A stretch of DNA of 63,772 bases, counting the filler, from Licmophora abbreviata (Eukaryota): NCBI GenBank assembly GCA_900291995.1. It is 13 parts of 13 records of this genome, joined end to end, with 100 filler letters (N's around TTAATTAATTAA, not from the genome) between each part and the next. Parts side by side here need not be neighbours in the genome. Positions count along the whole stretch, not along the records: positions 41,068 to 52,291 come from OLMU01002610.1; positions 52,392 to 55,817 come from OLMU01002611.1; positions 55,918 to 57,768 come from OLMU01002612.1; positions 57,869 to 60,380 come from OLMU01002613.1; 9 more parts are not named here. The stretch is one strand, 5' to 3'. Shown here in pieces: positions 44,726 to 57,966 of the stretch (position 1 is the first letter of the stretch; the number at the start of each line of letters is the position of its first letter). The translations under genes and the position numbers were made by a program. The notes under the pieces are model-generated. The model worked only from the letters and a program-made list of their open reading frames with translations. It did not search any database and was not told the origin of the DNA.

Positions 44726-45934
44726 TCATCCAAAAGCTACCCATTCTAAGGTATGGCTTGAACGCCACTGCCACCAGAATCCTGGAAAGTGGTGCAACCA
44801 TGACTGTTTTCGAAGCGAAGCCGACTCGACTAGGGGGGATCCCCACTCGTGTCGTTGGTAGATCATTGTTAGATCCGTTAAGCACTCCGACCTCATCGAA
44901 AAATGGCCTCTCCCCCAGCTTATCCCTCCAAAAAGCCCTTTGTCTGTCACCGACCCCTCCACATACGTAGGAAAAGCGGTCGCCCCAATCGTGGCTTTGG
45001 TGTAGTTTGCCACCAACATACTCATGGCAATATCTTCACAATTCATGTGCTTGTCGACATATTCCAGGATCTCGTGGGGGTGCAAGGTGGGGTCTGAAAA
45101 GATAGACAAATACTTTGAATGCATGAAACATGCTTTGGTGAGTACAAAGTTCAGCCGTTCCTGCCAATACACGGTTCGCCATGTGTGATACTGATATTGA
45201 TCGGGGTCTAGGGGGTCACGAGTCGCGAGTCGCGGGTAGTACCCCGACATGCCGTCGGGAGACTCGGCCCATGCCTGAAACCCTTGGTATAGCGTTCGAC
45301 ATGATATGCGAATATCATCGTCAACCATAAATATTCCTTCCGACTGGAGGTCTTGTATTGGCTCGAAGCGACTGTTGAGCGAGTCTTTACGCCCTCGGAG
45401 CACGTGTACAGAGGATCGTTCCTGCAGATTGCCATCGTTTCGTCGCAAACTAGACTCCCCCCCAACCAAGAATGACTCTGGACGTGGCGGTGTCACAGTT
45501 TCCTCGGTCCAAACCACAAAGACTTGACTGACGCCGAACTTCGGTCCACATGTCTCGGCATAGTGACGTACTGCGTCTCGAAGCATTGCCGGCCGCTTGT
45601 AAGTATTAATCACGACAGCAAAGGACTTTGTGGATCCGGTACTTGGTGTTCGTATGGTTCCTTGCCTCTCTACCCCGTAGTAGCGAAAGAATATATCAAG
45701 CGCTCCTAGCACAGAGTGACAAAGCAACAGCACGCCCAAGACGGTCAGTGTTGACCGGGAGTACGGCGACAGTAGCGACCATTTGTACTTGACGGATCGA
45801 GAAATTCCGGGGCAAGCTGCTTCTGAAGTCGATTTCTTTTCAACCGTTCTCTGTGTTCGCTTGTAGCCACCCTCTGGTCGCACTCGATCAAGCTTGGAGG
45901 AAGGCGATGCTGAACTAGTGCGAGCGCGTAGCAT
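44726..45934 (-). CDS. Glycosyltransferase family 64 (EXTL2/EPC1-like), type II membrane
   Basis: TM anchor, VVINTYKR, DSLNSRF, MVDDD, VLTKACF, NCEDIAM, GIS..H...RSECL. Confidence 0.9.
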   Translation of the reverse strand: MLRARTSSASPSSKLDRVRPEGGYKRTQRTVEKKSTSEAACPGISRSVKYKWSLLSPYSRSTLTVLGVLLLCHSVLGALDIFFRYYGVERQGTIRTPSTGSTKSFAVVINTYKRPAMLRDAVRHYAETCGPKFGVSQVFVVWTEETVTPPRPESFLVGGESSLRRNDGNLQERSSVHVLRGRKDSLNSRFEPIQDLQSEGIFMVDDDIRISCRTLYQGFQAWAESPDGMSGYYPRLATRDPLDPDQYQYHTWRTVYWQERLNFVLTKACFMHSKYLSIFSDPTLHPHEILEYVDKHMNCEDIAMSMLVANYTKATIGATAFPTYVEGSVTDKGLFGGISWGRGHFSMRSECLTDLTMIYQRHEWGSPLVESASLRKQSWLHHFPGFWWQWRSSHTLEWVAFG

Positions 45935-46304
45935 TGCTTCGTCACCCTTATTTTACTGAGCCTGTTCCAACTTCAAGGCAATTCAGGATCTAGTTTTCGG
46001 CTAAACTGCAGCGAGCCTTCCTCCCGTTGCCAAACAGAGCAAAACAGTGGCTGCTTTCTAACGAAAGATGAGTCGATGACTGTAGAACTGCTTCATGAAT
46101 GCATTGTGGTTGCCGCAAACACGGTCTCGTCACATTCGAATGTGACGTCATGGCTAGCTGACCTCGAAGTTTCGACTCATTCGACTAAATTGTAATCCGA
46201 CGACCGCCGGATGTGTTTAGTGGTACTCTTTGCTAGCTAAAGAAGACAACATTCGTACAGGGAAGCGGAACTCCTATGGTTATTTAGGGCTGTTGTACGT
46301 CCTC

Positions 46305-49300
46305 TTATGAAGGCGCATATCGTTGTCGATCGTCCTGGGCAAGCGTATCTCGTAGTCGATTTCCACGCTTAGATTTTGCCTTCCAGATTTTGGTGTCCAA
46401 CACGCTGAACGCCTGATCGGAAGCGTTTTCGTCTTCGAACCAAACCTCAAGGCTACTTCGGAACTTTTTCATGTGGACAAAAGGGCCCGAAAAAGAATCG
46501 ACCGGTTTTTCGTCAAAAAGAAACATACCGGGGGGCTTCTTGTCGTATCCATCGTGACTAATGAGAAGTCGCCGCGCGGAGGAACCAGAGGTTGTTAGCG
46601 GTGTGGGGTCTTTTTCGACGTGCGCTTGTGCAAGCTTGCAGGAAGTGACCACGCGCCCGTCGCCTCCAGACCTATCGTTGCAGCACAAAAAGAAGTCGCG
46701 AGCGGTGTGTTAGCGAAAAGGAGTGACACAAGGAAATGAACGGAAGGTCCAACCTACCCTCCTTTCTCAGGCTCCGCCAGAATCAAATATCGCCCTAGGA
46801 ACACGAGATACAATGACTGCCATTTCACCCCTTCAGATGTAACACTAGCCACTCCATCCGCAAACAAAGACGCGCTCGTCTCGGGCACTTCGCATACACA
46901 GGGGAAAGCCGTCCGTCCCACCAGCCCTACCACAGAGCCGGGGGCGGGCTGGCCCTTGTCGCGAGCCGAGTCATCCGCGTCGAACACAGACAGAAGGAAC
47001 TGTCTCGATAGGGGGGCGAAGACGCTTAGACTCATCTGTCTCTCGAAACACATCCCAGTGTCGAGGAGTGTGCCGTCGCTAGAAAAGCTAAACCCAGCCG
47101 CACGACGTTTTCGAAGGATGCTCCCGCCGGTTGCGGCCAGTTCCTGCATCAAATTGGATAGCGCATCCAATCGAAAAAGCCCAAGTACGGCGCCAGCGGC
47201 AGATGCAATCTCCTCAGTGAAGCCCGAGGCATCATCGGTAGATGTCACATGACTCATGATATTGCAAGCACGTTCTGTCAAGTCCTGAGACGTGCTTTCC
47301 AAGGCAACAGATATTGAATGGTCTCTATCATCGGCAGAGCTGTCGCGCGGTCGGAGCAGTTTCTCCAGAACCGACACACCGTCTTTTCGAACAGACTCAT
47401 ACACCAACTTGTCGAAGGTAACACCGAAACCTGCTTCCTCGCCTTCGAGAGGGATGGCCTGCGAGGTAGGCGACGAGCCCGCAAATGCAATTCTGGCTGG
47501 CATCTCGGCAATGAAAGCTGCCATCTGACGTTTTCTTCGGTCGAGGAGCTTCGATGCGCTCTGTAGGGCCTGAATATTCTCTGCAACTGCGCAAAGAAGT
47601 GTATGCGCAGCGATTTCGTCGTATTCAAGTTTCCATAATCCTGTATCTCCACAGTCCGACCAATATCGTGAGAACAGTGGCTCTCGGATGGTGGCTTTCG
47701 CGTTCAATCGCACGACACTTACCACCGGAACCAGGGCTTGTGTTAACGATACCAAGGCAGAGAGCTGTGACAATCTCAGCCAGATAGTCCGCCCCTACCA
47801 TCGTCGACGTTCGAGCCAGAGAGCGACGCGAATCAATGTGACTTCCTCCGCCCATTCCTCGGTCGTCATGCAGGTGCGCGCTTCTGGCGTCAAGATTGCG
47901 TTCGTCTAAAGGGATGTCGTCACCAAATGTCTTCATCCCACTCCCAAACAATAGACCCCCCAAAAAATTTCGATCGAACTTGGTGACTAGCGAGTCGACC
48001 AGCAGTACTGTAAGCGCCTTCAGGCCTTTCATGGCATCGCCGCCAGCGAAGAAGCGCAATAGAGCTTGCCGGTACGGATTTGAACGACTCCTTGTAATTA
48101 ACGCGGCATCGCCAGGCTCGCCTTCGAGAATTTCAACAAGCGCAGATGACAGGACAAAAACACATGCATCGCTTTTACTGTGGCTGGAATCGCCAATGGA
48201 ATTGCGCCTTGATCGAATTCGACCAGTAACTCTGCCAAACGAATACGTCTGCTTTTCGTCGCGCGTCAACCCCAAGACACGCGAATCAACACGAACGTTT
48301 ACATTCCCGTTGCTTCCTGTACACGCAACATCGGGTAGCGCACGAATGATTGTTTCGCTGGACGCGTTGGGGGACAAGGGGTGAAGTAGTGCCGTCAATA
48401 GAAGTCGAAGCAGTGGGCGGTTGGTGACAAAGTGGAAAACCGACGCTAAAGCAAAGAGAGCCGTCTTCGCGGGTGCTGATTCGTGCGTTCGGCTTGCATT
48501 CACCCCTTCTCCGAAGATTCCTGAGAGTTCCGAGGCGTCGGATACAATGTCACCCGAGAATGCATTCGATAACCGTCGCGCCGGACCGCCCTCTCGAGCC
48601 GACGGAAGGCGCTGTAAGTATTGTAGCAACGGTTGCAGTAGCAGCGGATAGATAAATGTTGCAAGCATCATCTCGATGATCTGCTCGTTTAGCGAAGTAA
48701 GCCCAACCTATCGAAAACACGAGAAGATGCTTACATGAGGGCACCACGACGACTCAATTTTGACAGAGTCCTTTTCATACGTACGCTGAAAACGTCCTCT
48801 AGAAGCAGAAGCTCGTCCTGTAAATCGGCTACGGTAGTCTTGAAGGAGGCGACTAATTTCTTTCCTTTCGCTTCCTCTCTGGCTTTTTGAAGTTTAGAAT
48901 TTCGACTTTTCTTCGTGCCTTCATCTCCTTCCAACGACAAATCCGTAACCGAGCCCTTCCTTGCGTCGGTTTCTCCTTCTCGGAACTGCTCTTCTAGAAC
49001 GCCCCAAAGCTGAGCGAATTTGGTGCAGATAGGAGATACAAGACCTTCTACTCGCGTCGGAGAACACACGTGCTGCGCGATTGCGAGCCTTTCTCGTAGA
49101 GGCAGCGGTCGCGCATTGTGCAAGACGCCGTCTGGTGACGAATCCTGAACTCCCTCGGGAGTTGGTGAGTCCGTCCCGTCAACGTCGGCACTCACAGTAG
49201 CAAGCCTAAGCGTGTTCAGACAGATATTCATCGCGGTTACTCTCACGAACGAATCTTGGTGAGCGGCACAGAACTCCAGGGCACGCGCATAGAGGGGAAA

Positions 49301-50527
49301 TTCGACGTCCAATGTTTCTATCGCAACCGGGTAATCAGCAGGTGTCTCTTTGATTGGTATGTCGTCTCCTTTGAACCGGAGAAGAGGTGACCTGTCCTCA
49401 TTCGTACTGAAATGAGCCGACGATGCTGCTTCGCTACCACCACCCGCCCTTTCTCCGGGGTACGAGAGAAAGAACTGTAGTGTCTCGACATTCATGCGCA
49501 TCGCCAACGACTTGAGAAACGTAACAAAGTGAGTGGCGAGTTCAGCGACTTCGGCACTGGAGAATCGCCTCGGGGAAGATACCGGATCTTGAGCATCAAC
49601 TCGTCGGTTCTTCTCGGCTGTAGAGTAGAGCTCAATAGGAAGCGCAATCAGGTCGTTGATATAGTTGTTCGACAGCAAGAAATACAATGAGGTAGCACGT
49701 GACACATTCTGAATAAGTATAGACACAGACTGCAGAGCCTGCGTTGCAATGGCCAATGAAGGGAGCATGGTACACGGGAAACTGGAGGCGGTATCATTGT
49801 CGACTTCGCTGTCCTTGGTGGCGTCAAGCCTTCCCTCCATACTGACCCCTAAATGCGGCTTCTCGATTGTTGCTGATCTCTCCTCGGTGTCATTTGCATC
49901 AACCGGCTGGGAGACTTCCGTTTCGACAGGAGGTGTCGAGAATGCGGCACCAGCAACGATGCTGACAATCAATTCAAGCGCATTCCGCTCAAAGAAGTGC
50001 TCGAATAATGCAATGTGTGCGTCGATATGCTCGGGACTGTCGTCCTCGTCCTGCTCATCATCGGGGCCTTCTGCGAGTCGACTTTGGCGGCGTTTCTCAT
50101 TTCTTGTTTGGGCTGCGGCAGCAGACTTCTCCCCCGTAATGACAAGCTCAGCGGTGCGTCTCAAGAGTTCAATCATTTCCTCGTCATCCGCTGAATCCAT
50201 AGGAATGAATTTGGCATTTTTCTCTGGGGGGTGACCATACAATTGTGTTGGGGTTGTCGTCTGGGATTCGTCGTCCGTGCTGCTGTTGCGCCGACTACTG
50301 CTGTCCGATCTGTTTCGGAAAAGCGACAGGCGCTTTGCTTCCGGCTTGGCCGGAACTGGTTTCTCGTAATAGTTCCGCCGCGTTTTGTCCACTAGCGCTT
50401 CTATGCGGTCCAAACATCCCGTCAGTTCATCCAGAGGCGTATCGTAGTGAGGGATTTCTTTCTTCGCGGTAGATGACGCCGAGTTGTTGCGACGTGATCG
50501 CGATCTTCCCGGTGTCCTGGAAAACAT
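46305..50527 (-). CDS. CLEC16A: CLEC16A/TT9-like FPL-domain protein, 4 exons
   Basis: QALQSVSILIQN..SLYFLLSNNYIN, FLKSLAMRMNVETLQFF, EFPLY..ALEF..DSFVRV. Introns 48708-48784, 47641-47722, 46672-46757. Confidence 0.85.
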
Positions 50528-50910
50528 CAAAGTGCCGTTGTCTTTCCAAGCTCAAATCTGCAAGTTATCGCAACAAGTGAGGTTAACGTAGCTTGCAAAA
50601 GACACCACCGACGACGCAGAACAGCAGACGACGACTGGGGATCCCCGGGGACTATGTTCAATATATTCAATATGCCAATGTCTCTGCGTGTGATACAGTG
50701 ACGATGCAACGCCGAAGCTGCGACGCCGCCACGAAGAGCGCGCGACGATGACCCACAAAAACTTGAACAAAATTCCTTGGATAGGCGACTCGAGATTTGA
50801 AGATGTCATAGGTACGCCTCGTAGAGAGCTACCAATCTGAGATGAAACTTACGGAGGCTGATTTTGTGGGGTCTATAAAGTTGTTTGTATTACTGGTACC
50901 GGTCTCGCCT

Positions 50911-52489
50911 CTATGCCTGCGCTTGGCGTTCCGTCTTTATCATGTGCTCCAGATAGAACTCTCCTGCCTTGTAGCTCGACCTAACGAGAGGACCCGACGC
51001 GACATACTTGAATCCCATCTCTTCCCCGACGCCTCGAAAGTAGTCGAACTTCTCAGGGGTTACATACTCGACGACCGACAGATGGTTCTCTGTTGGGCGC
51101 AAGTATTGTCCAAAGGTTACTACATCTACATCGATCGCACGCAGATCCTGTGGACGATTCGGACGAAAACCCGGTCAGATTCACCATAGCATTAGAAACT
51201 CATACGTTGGCATTCGTGAGCACACACTCTCACCTTCATGGTCTGAACAACTTCGTCGTCTGTCTCTCCTAGTCCAAGCATTATGCTCGTCTTAGTATAC
51301 AATCCCGGCTTGGCTTTCTTCGCATGTTCCAGGGTCGAAAGACTTTGCTTGTATCCGGCTCGGTGGTCGCGCACAAACTGTTCCAGTCGACCAACGCAAA
51401 CAAGGCGCCATGTGAGCTTCAATGTGTTCGACTTCAGAAAAAACGAGTTACCGCATTCTAACCTTCTGTAATCTTTCCACAGTTTCAACGTTATGAGCGT
51501 AGACATCGAGTCCTGACTTGGCGAGTGTTTCCACGGAGGTAAGCGTCCCCTGAAAGTCGGACACAAGGCATTCCACCAGGAGCTCCGGCTTGTTCTGCTT
51601 CAAGAGTTCGACCGTGTGGGCAAAGTGTTGCGCTCCGCCATCTGGAATGTCGTCGCGATCTACAGACGTCAGTACGATATAGTCCACGCCCCACTGGGTC
51701 ACAGCCTCTGCCGTCTGTATCAAGGCGGGGTTCAGAAAATGAGTGCAAATACTGCCAATCAATCACACAATGATGCAGTCGTCCCCGTCATCGCGTACCT
51801 TGAAGGGCTCAAACGGATCGGGTGGCGGGGGCGTAGAGGCAGTGTTGACCGCGCAGAACATACACCCACGGGTACAGGTGTCTCCCAGAAGCATGATGGT
51901 GCCGGTCCCTCCATTCCAGCACTCTCCTACGTTAGGACATTGCGCCTCCTCGCAGACGGTATTGAGACTAAGCTTCTTCAGCGAATCCTTAACTTGCGCG
52001 TATCTTGAATCCTTTGCTTGCGAAGGAGCTGGTACCTTGAACCACGATGGACGTCCCTTGGGCATTTCTGCCCCCACCTTGGGTCTTACAAGTCCATCAT
52101 CTTCCTCGTGGTCGCATTCAGTAGAATGGTGGTGATCCTGCTGCTGTGGCATCGGAAGTCCTCCACCGCCCGTGGATCCGTCACCTCTTGCAATTTCATA
52201 GGCGCTCAGTGTCTGTTCCGTTTCTTTCACATCTCTAGAGGCTACAGCAAGACCACGGCGCGGCCTGACATCTTGCTTGCCGGGAGGAACGNNNNNNNNN
52301 NNNNNNNNNNNNNNNNNNNNNNNNNNNNNNNNNNNTTAATTAATTAANNNNNNNNNNNNNNNNNNNNNNNNNNNNNNNNNNNNNNNNNNNNACATCTTGC
52401 TTGCCGGGAGGAACGACGTAGCCGCTGCAGAGCGCGAAGCAGAACCAGAAGACGACAAGCGTAGGCACAGTCGATCGAGGGAGTGTCAT
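50911..52489 (-). CDS. lipA: Lipoyl synthase (radical SAM), probably plastid-targeted, 4 exons, spans gap
   Basis: [44 protein letters not shown]. Signal peptide ending SG-Y. Introns 51715-51798, 51378-51462, 51148-51233. Confidence 0.95.
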
Positions 52490-52812
52490 CCTTTCACCCT
52501 TGCAAAGCACGATAGTCTTCCGCGGCTTGGAAGGTTTAAAATGGGAAGTATTTCGTGATGGACACACATCATGCGAAAGACAGACGTCACTCGCGAAAGC
52601 TGTGCATATTCATATCGCATCATCGTCTCGTCGCGCGTTGGGGGAGGCATACGAGTACCTTGCACTAATTCCGGGTCTCTCCTTCGACTTACACAGAGTT
52701 AGTCAGTCAAGTCGTCGGTAGGAGTCGAGTCCAGTCCTAACCCTCATCTAAGATTGACTTCTAATAACATTTTACTGCTCTCTGTTTTCAATACTTGCGA
52801 ACCCACAAGCTA

Positions 52813-54066
52813 TCATCGCAGTTTGGAAATATCAAAGAATTGGAGTGTCATGCCGTTCACGTATCCAGTCGTCAAGTCCATGCCTTCATTATGCAACCTC
52901 TCGTCGTACAAATCGGCAATGTCTTCATGAACCAAGACAGACAATCCTATTCTCTTGCATTCAGATTCGAATCGATCCACTCCAAACCGGTGCGTGGCAT
53001 CTGCACAAATCACAATCGCTCTCCCACCTGACACTAGGGCGTCCTGTATTGACTTGGCCGCTGCCACCGCATCATCCGGTTGGCAGATTATGTCAGCTCC
53101 AAATACAACATCGACGGGGCTGTGACGCGCACCCTCTGTGTCCGTCCACTCGCTAGCACTGCCATGTTGTTGATAGAAATCCAGACCATTCGCCGTGGCG
53201 ATTCGATCCACATTGTTGAGTCGTATGTTTCGTCTGGCATTTTCCAGTACAGTTTCATTAAAGTCCGTCAGTATCACACTCCCCTTTTGCTCTCTTTGTA
53301 ATTTCGCTGCGACAAGCCCCACAAGTCCACAACCCGCCCCGAGTTCTAAACTAGTCTTTCCTGCAACAACTTCCGAGTTGCGGTCGATCCAACGGGCCAG
53401 CGCCACTGCCGACGGCCACATGACAAAGCCCACATCTTGCTGCGCCGACTGTCGCTGATTGACTTGATGTATGAGTATTGTGCCTGCACGGTCGAGCTGA
53501 AACGTCAATGGGAGCCTCCCCCGAATGTCGTCTAACGACATGGGAGCGACCTTGATCGGAAACGAGCCTCCTGCTCGCGCGGCAATCTCGCATACCAAAT
53601 CCTGTAGGTCCATGATGCAATCCCGATCTTGTTCATCTTCGAAGTGGGACACATCAAAGGTTGCGATGGCAGACAAGATTCGGTGGGAGCCCTGTCTTCC
53701 CAGCTCCTCGGACAGTGTTGCGTCGAGACTTGAAATGGATGCGTGAATCTCCAGACTCTGTCGTAGCCAACGCGTCTCTTCTCGGTCTCGGATCGTCGAA
53801 GCTATCTTTCCAGCTTGATCATGCATACGATCGTCTTTCTTTTCTTCGTGCAACGATTGGAGATTCAGCGATGGCGAGAAGGATGGCGGGGTCTCGCCTG
53901 TGCGCGCGAACCATGAGGCAGCGATCGCTTCCAGCAGCGGTACGAACAAACTTGCAAACCCACCGCGCCCCACTGAGAGCTTGACTCTCCATTGCGCAAT
54001 CTGACTCGCATCGGAGACGGCCTCTTCGAGCCACCCAAGATCATCCGTCGTCCACAGAGTCGTCAT
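52813..54066 (-). CDS. Methyltransf_16-family (METTL21/EEF2KMT-like) lysine methyltransferase
   Basis: GFVMWPSAVALARW, LELGAGCGLVG, VILTD, DVVFGADII. Confidence 0.85.
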   Translation of the reverse strand: MTTLWTTDDLGWLEEAVSDASQIAQWRVKLSVGRGGFASLFVPLLEAIAASWFARTGETPPSFSPSLNLQSLHEEKKDDRMHDQAGKIASTIRDREETRWLRQSLEIHASISSLDATLSEELGRQGSHRILSAIATFDVSHFEDEQDRDCIMDLQDLVCEIAARAGGSFPIKVAPMSLDDIRGRLPLTFQLDRAGTILIHQVNQRQSAQQDVGFVMWPSAVALARWIDRNSEVVAGKTSLELGAGCGLVGLVAAKLQREQKGSVILTDFNETVLENARRNIRLNNVDRIATANGLDFYQQHGSASEWTDTEGARHSPVDVVFGADIICQPDDAVAAAKSIQDALVSGGRAIVICADATHRFGVDRFESECKRIGLSVLVHEDIADLYDERLHNEGMDLTTGYVNGMTLQFFDISKLR

Positions 54067-54396
54067 CGTTTGTTGATCCTGCGTTCCATGGTCTATGCTG
54101 GTGATGGTTCCCAATCTTGAATCTGCCCTGACCGCGGCGCCGTGTTGCCATAGGGATACTGGAAAACTAAAACTGAATTTCCAGATTCCAGATGCCAACA
54201 CGCGCGCGCACACATTCAACATATCATACTGAATACACTAGCACCGCATCGCAGTCACGCTGACCACTGACCACAGCATGGCAGTGAAACAAGTGAGAGC
54301 ATTCACATTCCGCCTTGCCTGAGCAGCCTCCGAACTACCGGTAGACCTGTCCTCGAAGCTTTCTAAATCGCTGATCGTCTGATCTGTGTGCCTACC

Positions 54397-56061
54397 ATGG
54401 GACGCAAAAAGATAAAGAAGAAGCAAGTGGATCAAGCCGAGACTACACCTCCAGTGGTCGCTGTCCCCGATCCATCCTCTGCCGCTCCGGTCGAAAGCAC
54501 GCCGCAGCCTCCAGTCGCAAAACTACCAGCGGGCGACGATGCTATCATCGCTGGCTCTCTAAAACGAGTATCTCCCACTGTATCCGACCACAAAACTACT
54601 CCAGCGTCGAGTGGATATTCCATGAAGTCTCACGGCGCGGAGATTGTAGCAGAAGACTTGTACATGTCAGATGGCAGCGACGACCAGATCATGCTTGGCG
54701 ACGACGGCGAACCCACACCGGAACCTGAAGTTGTGCTGAACAATTCACGCATGGGACTCATGCGACGTGGTCTTCATCACCCGTCCATGCTCGTACAGCC
54801 GAATCGACTGTGGCAGCGTGCCGACGCTCCAAATAATGCTGACGCGGAAGCCGGTGACCAAGCGGCCCAAGAAGAAGAACAGGCGCGAGTCGAGAAAGAA
54901 CTGGCTAAATTAGATCCAGTAGAGCGTGCAGCGCGTCTCCTGGCGGAGAAGCAGCGGAAATTGGAAGAGGCAAAGGAAACGGCTCGTCGACTTGAATCGG
55001 AAGAAAATGCCGGCCGTGATCCATGCCTCTTCTCCAAGCGAACCGCCTTTGACATTCGCATGGATCAGATTGAAGACAAGCCGTGGCTCAGGGGCGCAGG
55101 CGCCTTGACGGACTTTTTCAATTACGGCTTCACAGAGGACGACTGGTTGGACTATTCCCAGCAGCAGCTCACAATCAGGCAAGAAGTTACAGATGCCCAT
55201 CGACAGAAGCGACCACCGGATCCGAACATTGTTCCGGTATCCCAACGTGCCCCAAAGGCACAGAACCCTCGTGTCGCCGTTGTCAAGTTGACTGGCACTA
55301 GCAACTCGGCGGATGCCATTGGCGAGAACGACGCAGAGGCAGAGAGTGGCTCTGTGATTGGTCCTGCCATGGTTGAACCTGAAGAAAGTCATCCTATGGA
55401 CGTTGAGAAGGACGGCAAGGATATCACTGAAGTGAACAAGGATGATGTGAAGCATGTCGGAGCTGGTGGGGCTTGGGGTGCCGGAGCTGCGCCTGGATCA
55501 AAGTTGGCACGCTTGATTGAGGAGCAAGAGCGCGGAGTGGGGTCCAATCCTCCTCCACGGGAAACCATGTTGCACGACAAACCGTCGAGTGGATACGACA
55601 GGGTTGATACCGGGAACCAGGATGGTGGACATCCCCGCTCTCGAGGAGGCTACGATCACGCTGATGGTAGCCACGGTGGTGGTGGCTACCACTCGTACGA
55701 CGACTATCGCCCCCATGGAGATATGGCTCCCCCGCCGCCGCAGAACCTCAGGGGGCGTGGTGGCTACGGTGGCCGGGGCGGCCCCCCACCGCAGTTTGGC
55801 TACGGTGGACGTGGCGGNNNNNNNNNNNNNNNNNNNNNNNNNNNNNNNNNNNNNNNNNNNNTTAATTAATTAANNNNNNNNNNNNNNNNNNNNNNNNNNN
55901 NNNNNNNNNNNNNNNNNGGCCCCCCACCGCAGTTTGGCTACGGTGGACGTAGCGGCCCACGATATCCTCCTCCGCAACATGGATGGGGACAACGCGGAGG
56001 TCGAGGTGGAGACTTCCCTCCCCCTTCCCGGAAACGATACAGGGATGAATATCGACGCTAG
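54397..56061 (+). CDS. FIP1: Pre-mRNA 3'-processing factor FIP1 with RGG/Pro-rich tail, spans gap
   Basis: FDI..D.IEDKPW..G..LTDFFNYGFTEDDW. Tail resumes after the gap as GPPPQFGYGGR...RYRDEYRR*. Confidence 0.85.
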
Positions 56062-56559
56062 TTTCAATGCACTCTTCGTCTTATTTCATGCCACTGCGGC
56101 TTCTTGTTGGCAACGGCATCTGACGAATCACCAGAGATCGACCATGCACGTAGCTGCCGACAACAAGATTTGAACTTTCGCAGATTTGCTCTTATCCAAT
56201 GTCATTCTGGATGAGTAGACGAGTCTCCTCGTCTCGAGCGACGATGATTGTGTACCCGGACGGGACGAATATGGCTTCAAATCCTTCTAGTCACGCAACC
56301 TAAAATGGCATGACGGTGACCGGAGAAGTCAGCAAGATACGTCGATCGGTATTGATACGTCGTACCTCCGACAGCCCTCTGGAGCCTAAGAACAAAGAGT
56401 ACACAGTACCAGATAGAATGACAACGGAATATGTACAAGCTTACTATTTTAAATTTTGTCATCTAGAATTGATTAGTCTTGACCGTCTGAGTGGACGCGT
56501 GTCCTGAGAACTGCCTAGTGTGATGCAGTCGTCACGGCGCAACTTGAGGTTCAGCACTG

Positions 56560-57512
56560 GTCCATTCGAAAACACGAGAAAAAGGGAGACGAGACGATGA
56601 TGATCCTGAACTTTTGAACCAAAAGGCATGCCCATAGGTTCTTAACACTTGATCACTACTGAGTAGAAGATACGGACGAAAAGGAGAGGGAGAGGAGTTT
56701 GTGACTAGGATCTTGAACTTGAAAGCGACAAGAAGGCTCACGAGTTCTTGACACTTGCTCACTGAACGACTTGAAATGAAGGCCAAGAACTTGAGCTTGA
56801 GCATGGAAGCTGGGGTGGCTGATGCTACGATTGCGACCGTCGAAACATTGCGCGACCGCATCAATCGATCGAGCTTAGATGCGTCTTCTTCCGTTGAAAT
56901 GCGTTGATGTCTCTGTTTTCTTTCGAACCTTGATCAAACCTCGCTTCGAGTGGAAACAAATGCACCAGACGACGACCTGGACAAACGCGAAAGACACGTA
57001 GATATCACAGACTAACAAACAAACAGGCTGTCCAGAGCTCTCCCAGAACACCTTTTCGTGGTAGTAGCAGCACCACGCTTCTAGTCCTTGTAGTTGGGAT
57101 TCATCTTGAGCTTCTTACTGATCCAAGACTCTCGAATGCGTATGATCGATCTAGTCCTTGTTCTAAGGAGGCAATACGACGGGATTGACGAGTCGGAGGC
57201 CGTAGGTGGTTTCGCGGAGACCAACGATCTTGAACTGTCCGGAAGCGAAACATCGACCGGTCATTCTCGAGCTCTGCAGCATCCGCTTTCGTCACGGTCG
57301 CAGCTCCCTGAGCAACTGTCGTTTCAGCTTCTTCTTTGCTTCCGACTTGGCTCTGTACCCTCTCTGTCGCTCCTTCTTGAATTCCAGTTCCTCGCGTTCC
57401 GCCTTGATTCGTGCACGGCGTTCCGCGTCACACTCTCTCTTCTTCTTCAATCTCTTCTCTCGACTGTCGTTCCATGATGGTGATGGCGTTTTGTGTGAAG
57501 AGATGATGTCAT
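56560..57512. pseudogene. Degenerate coding-like remnants (charged/coiled-coil fragments on both strands)
   Basis: Protein-like E/K/R-rich stretches broken by stops and frameshifts; no recognisable family. Confidence 0.3.
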
Positions 57513-57966
57513 GATATACTTACTAACACGTCGCGCTCGCGCTCCTTGAGCTACATATGATACGCTCCAGCGCTCTCCAATGTTTTTTCCACTTTTTCTA
57601 CATGTGGGTATCAATACTACGACGTAGTACTACAAAGTAAATAAAATCGAGAAACCCTCGTCCGGAGACTACATGTATTTTTTTAAACGGTTGAGACCGA
57701 GCGGGAGTACTAGTAAAGGAATTTGTAGTAGGCTCCAGCGCTCTCGTTTGTTAGGGCATCGCGGAATCNNNNNNNNNNNNNNNNNNNNNNNNNNNNNNNN
57801 NNNNNNNNNNNNTTAATTAATTAANNNNNNNNNNNNNNNNNNNNNNNNNNNNNNNNNNNNNNNNNNNNGTAGCAAAACAAAACACATCATGCTGAACACA
57901 CTACATATATGTTCTGTTCTTCAACGATGTTTTCAATCCCCGTCCGTCTATTTTTCTGTCGCTCAA

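Noticed and set aside
54067..54222. Longer N-terminus for the methyltransferase
   Set aside because: Non-ATG start, UTR-like sequence.
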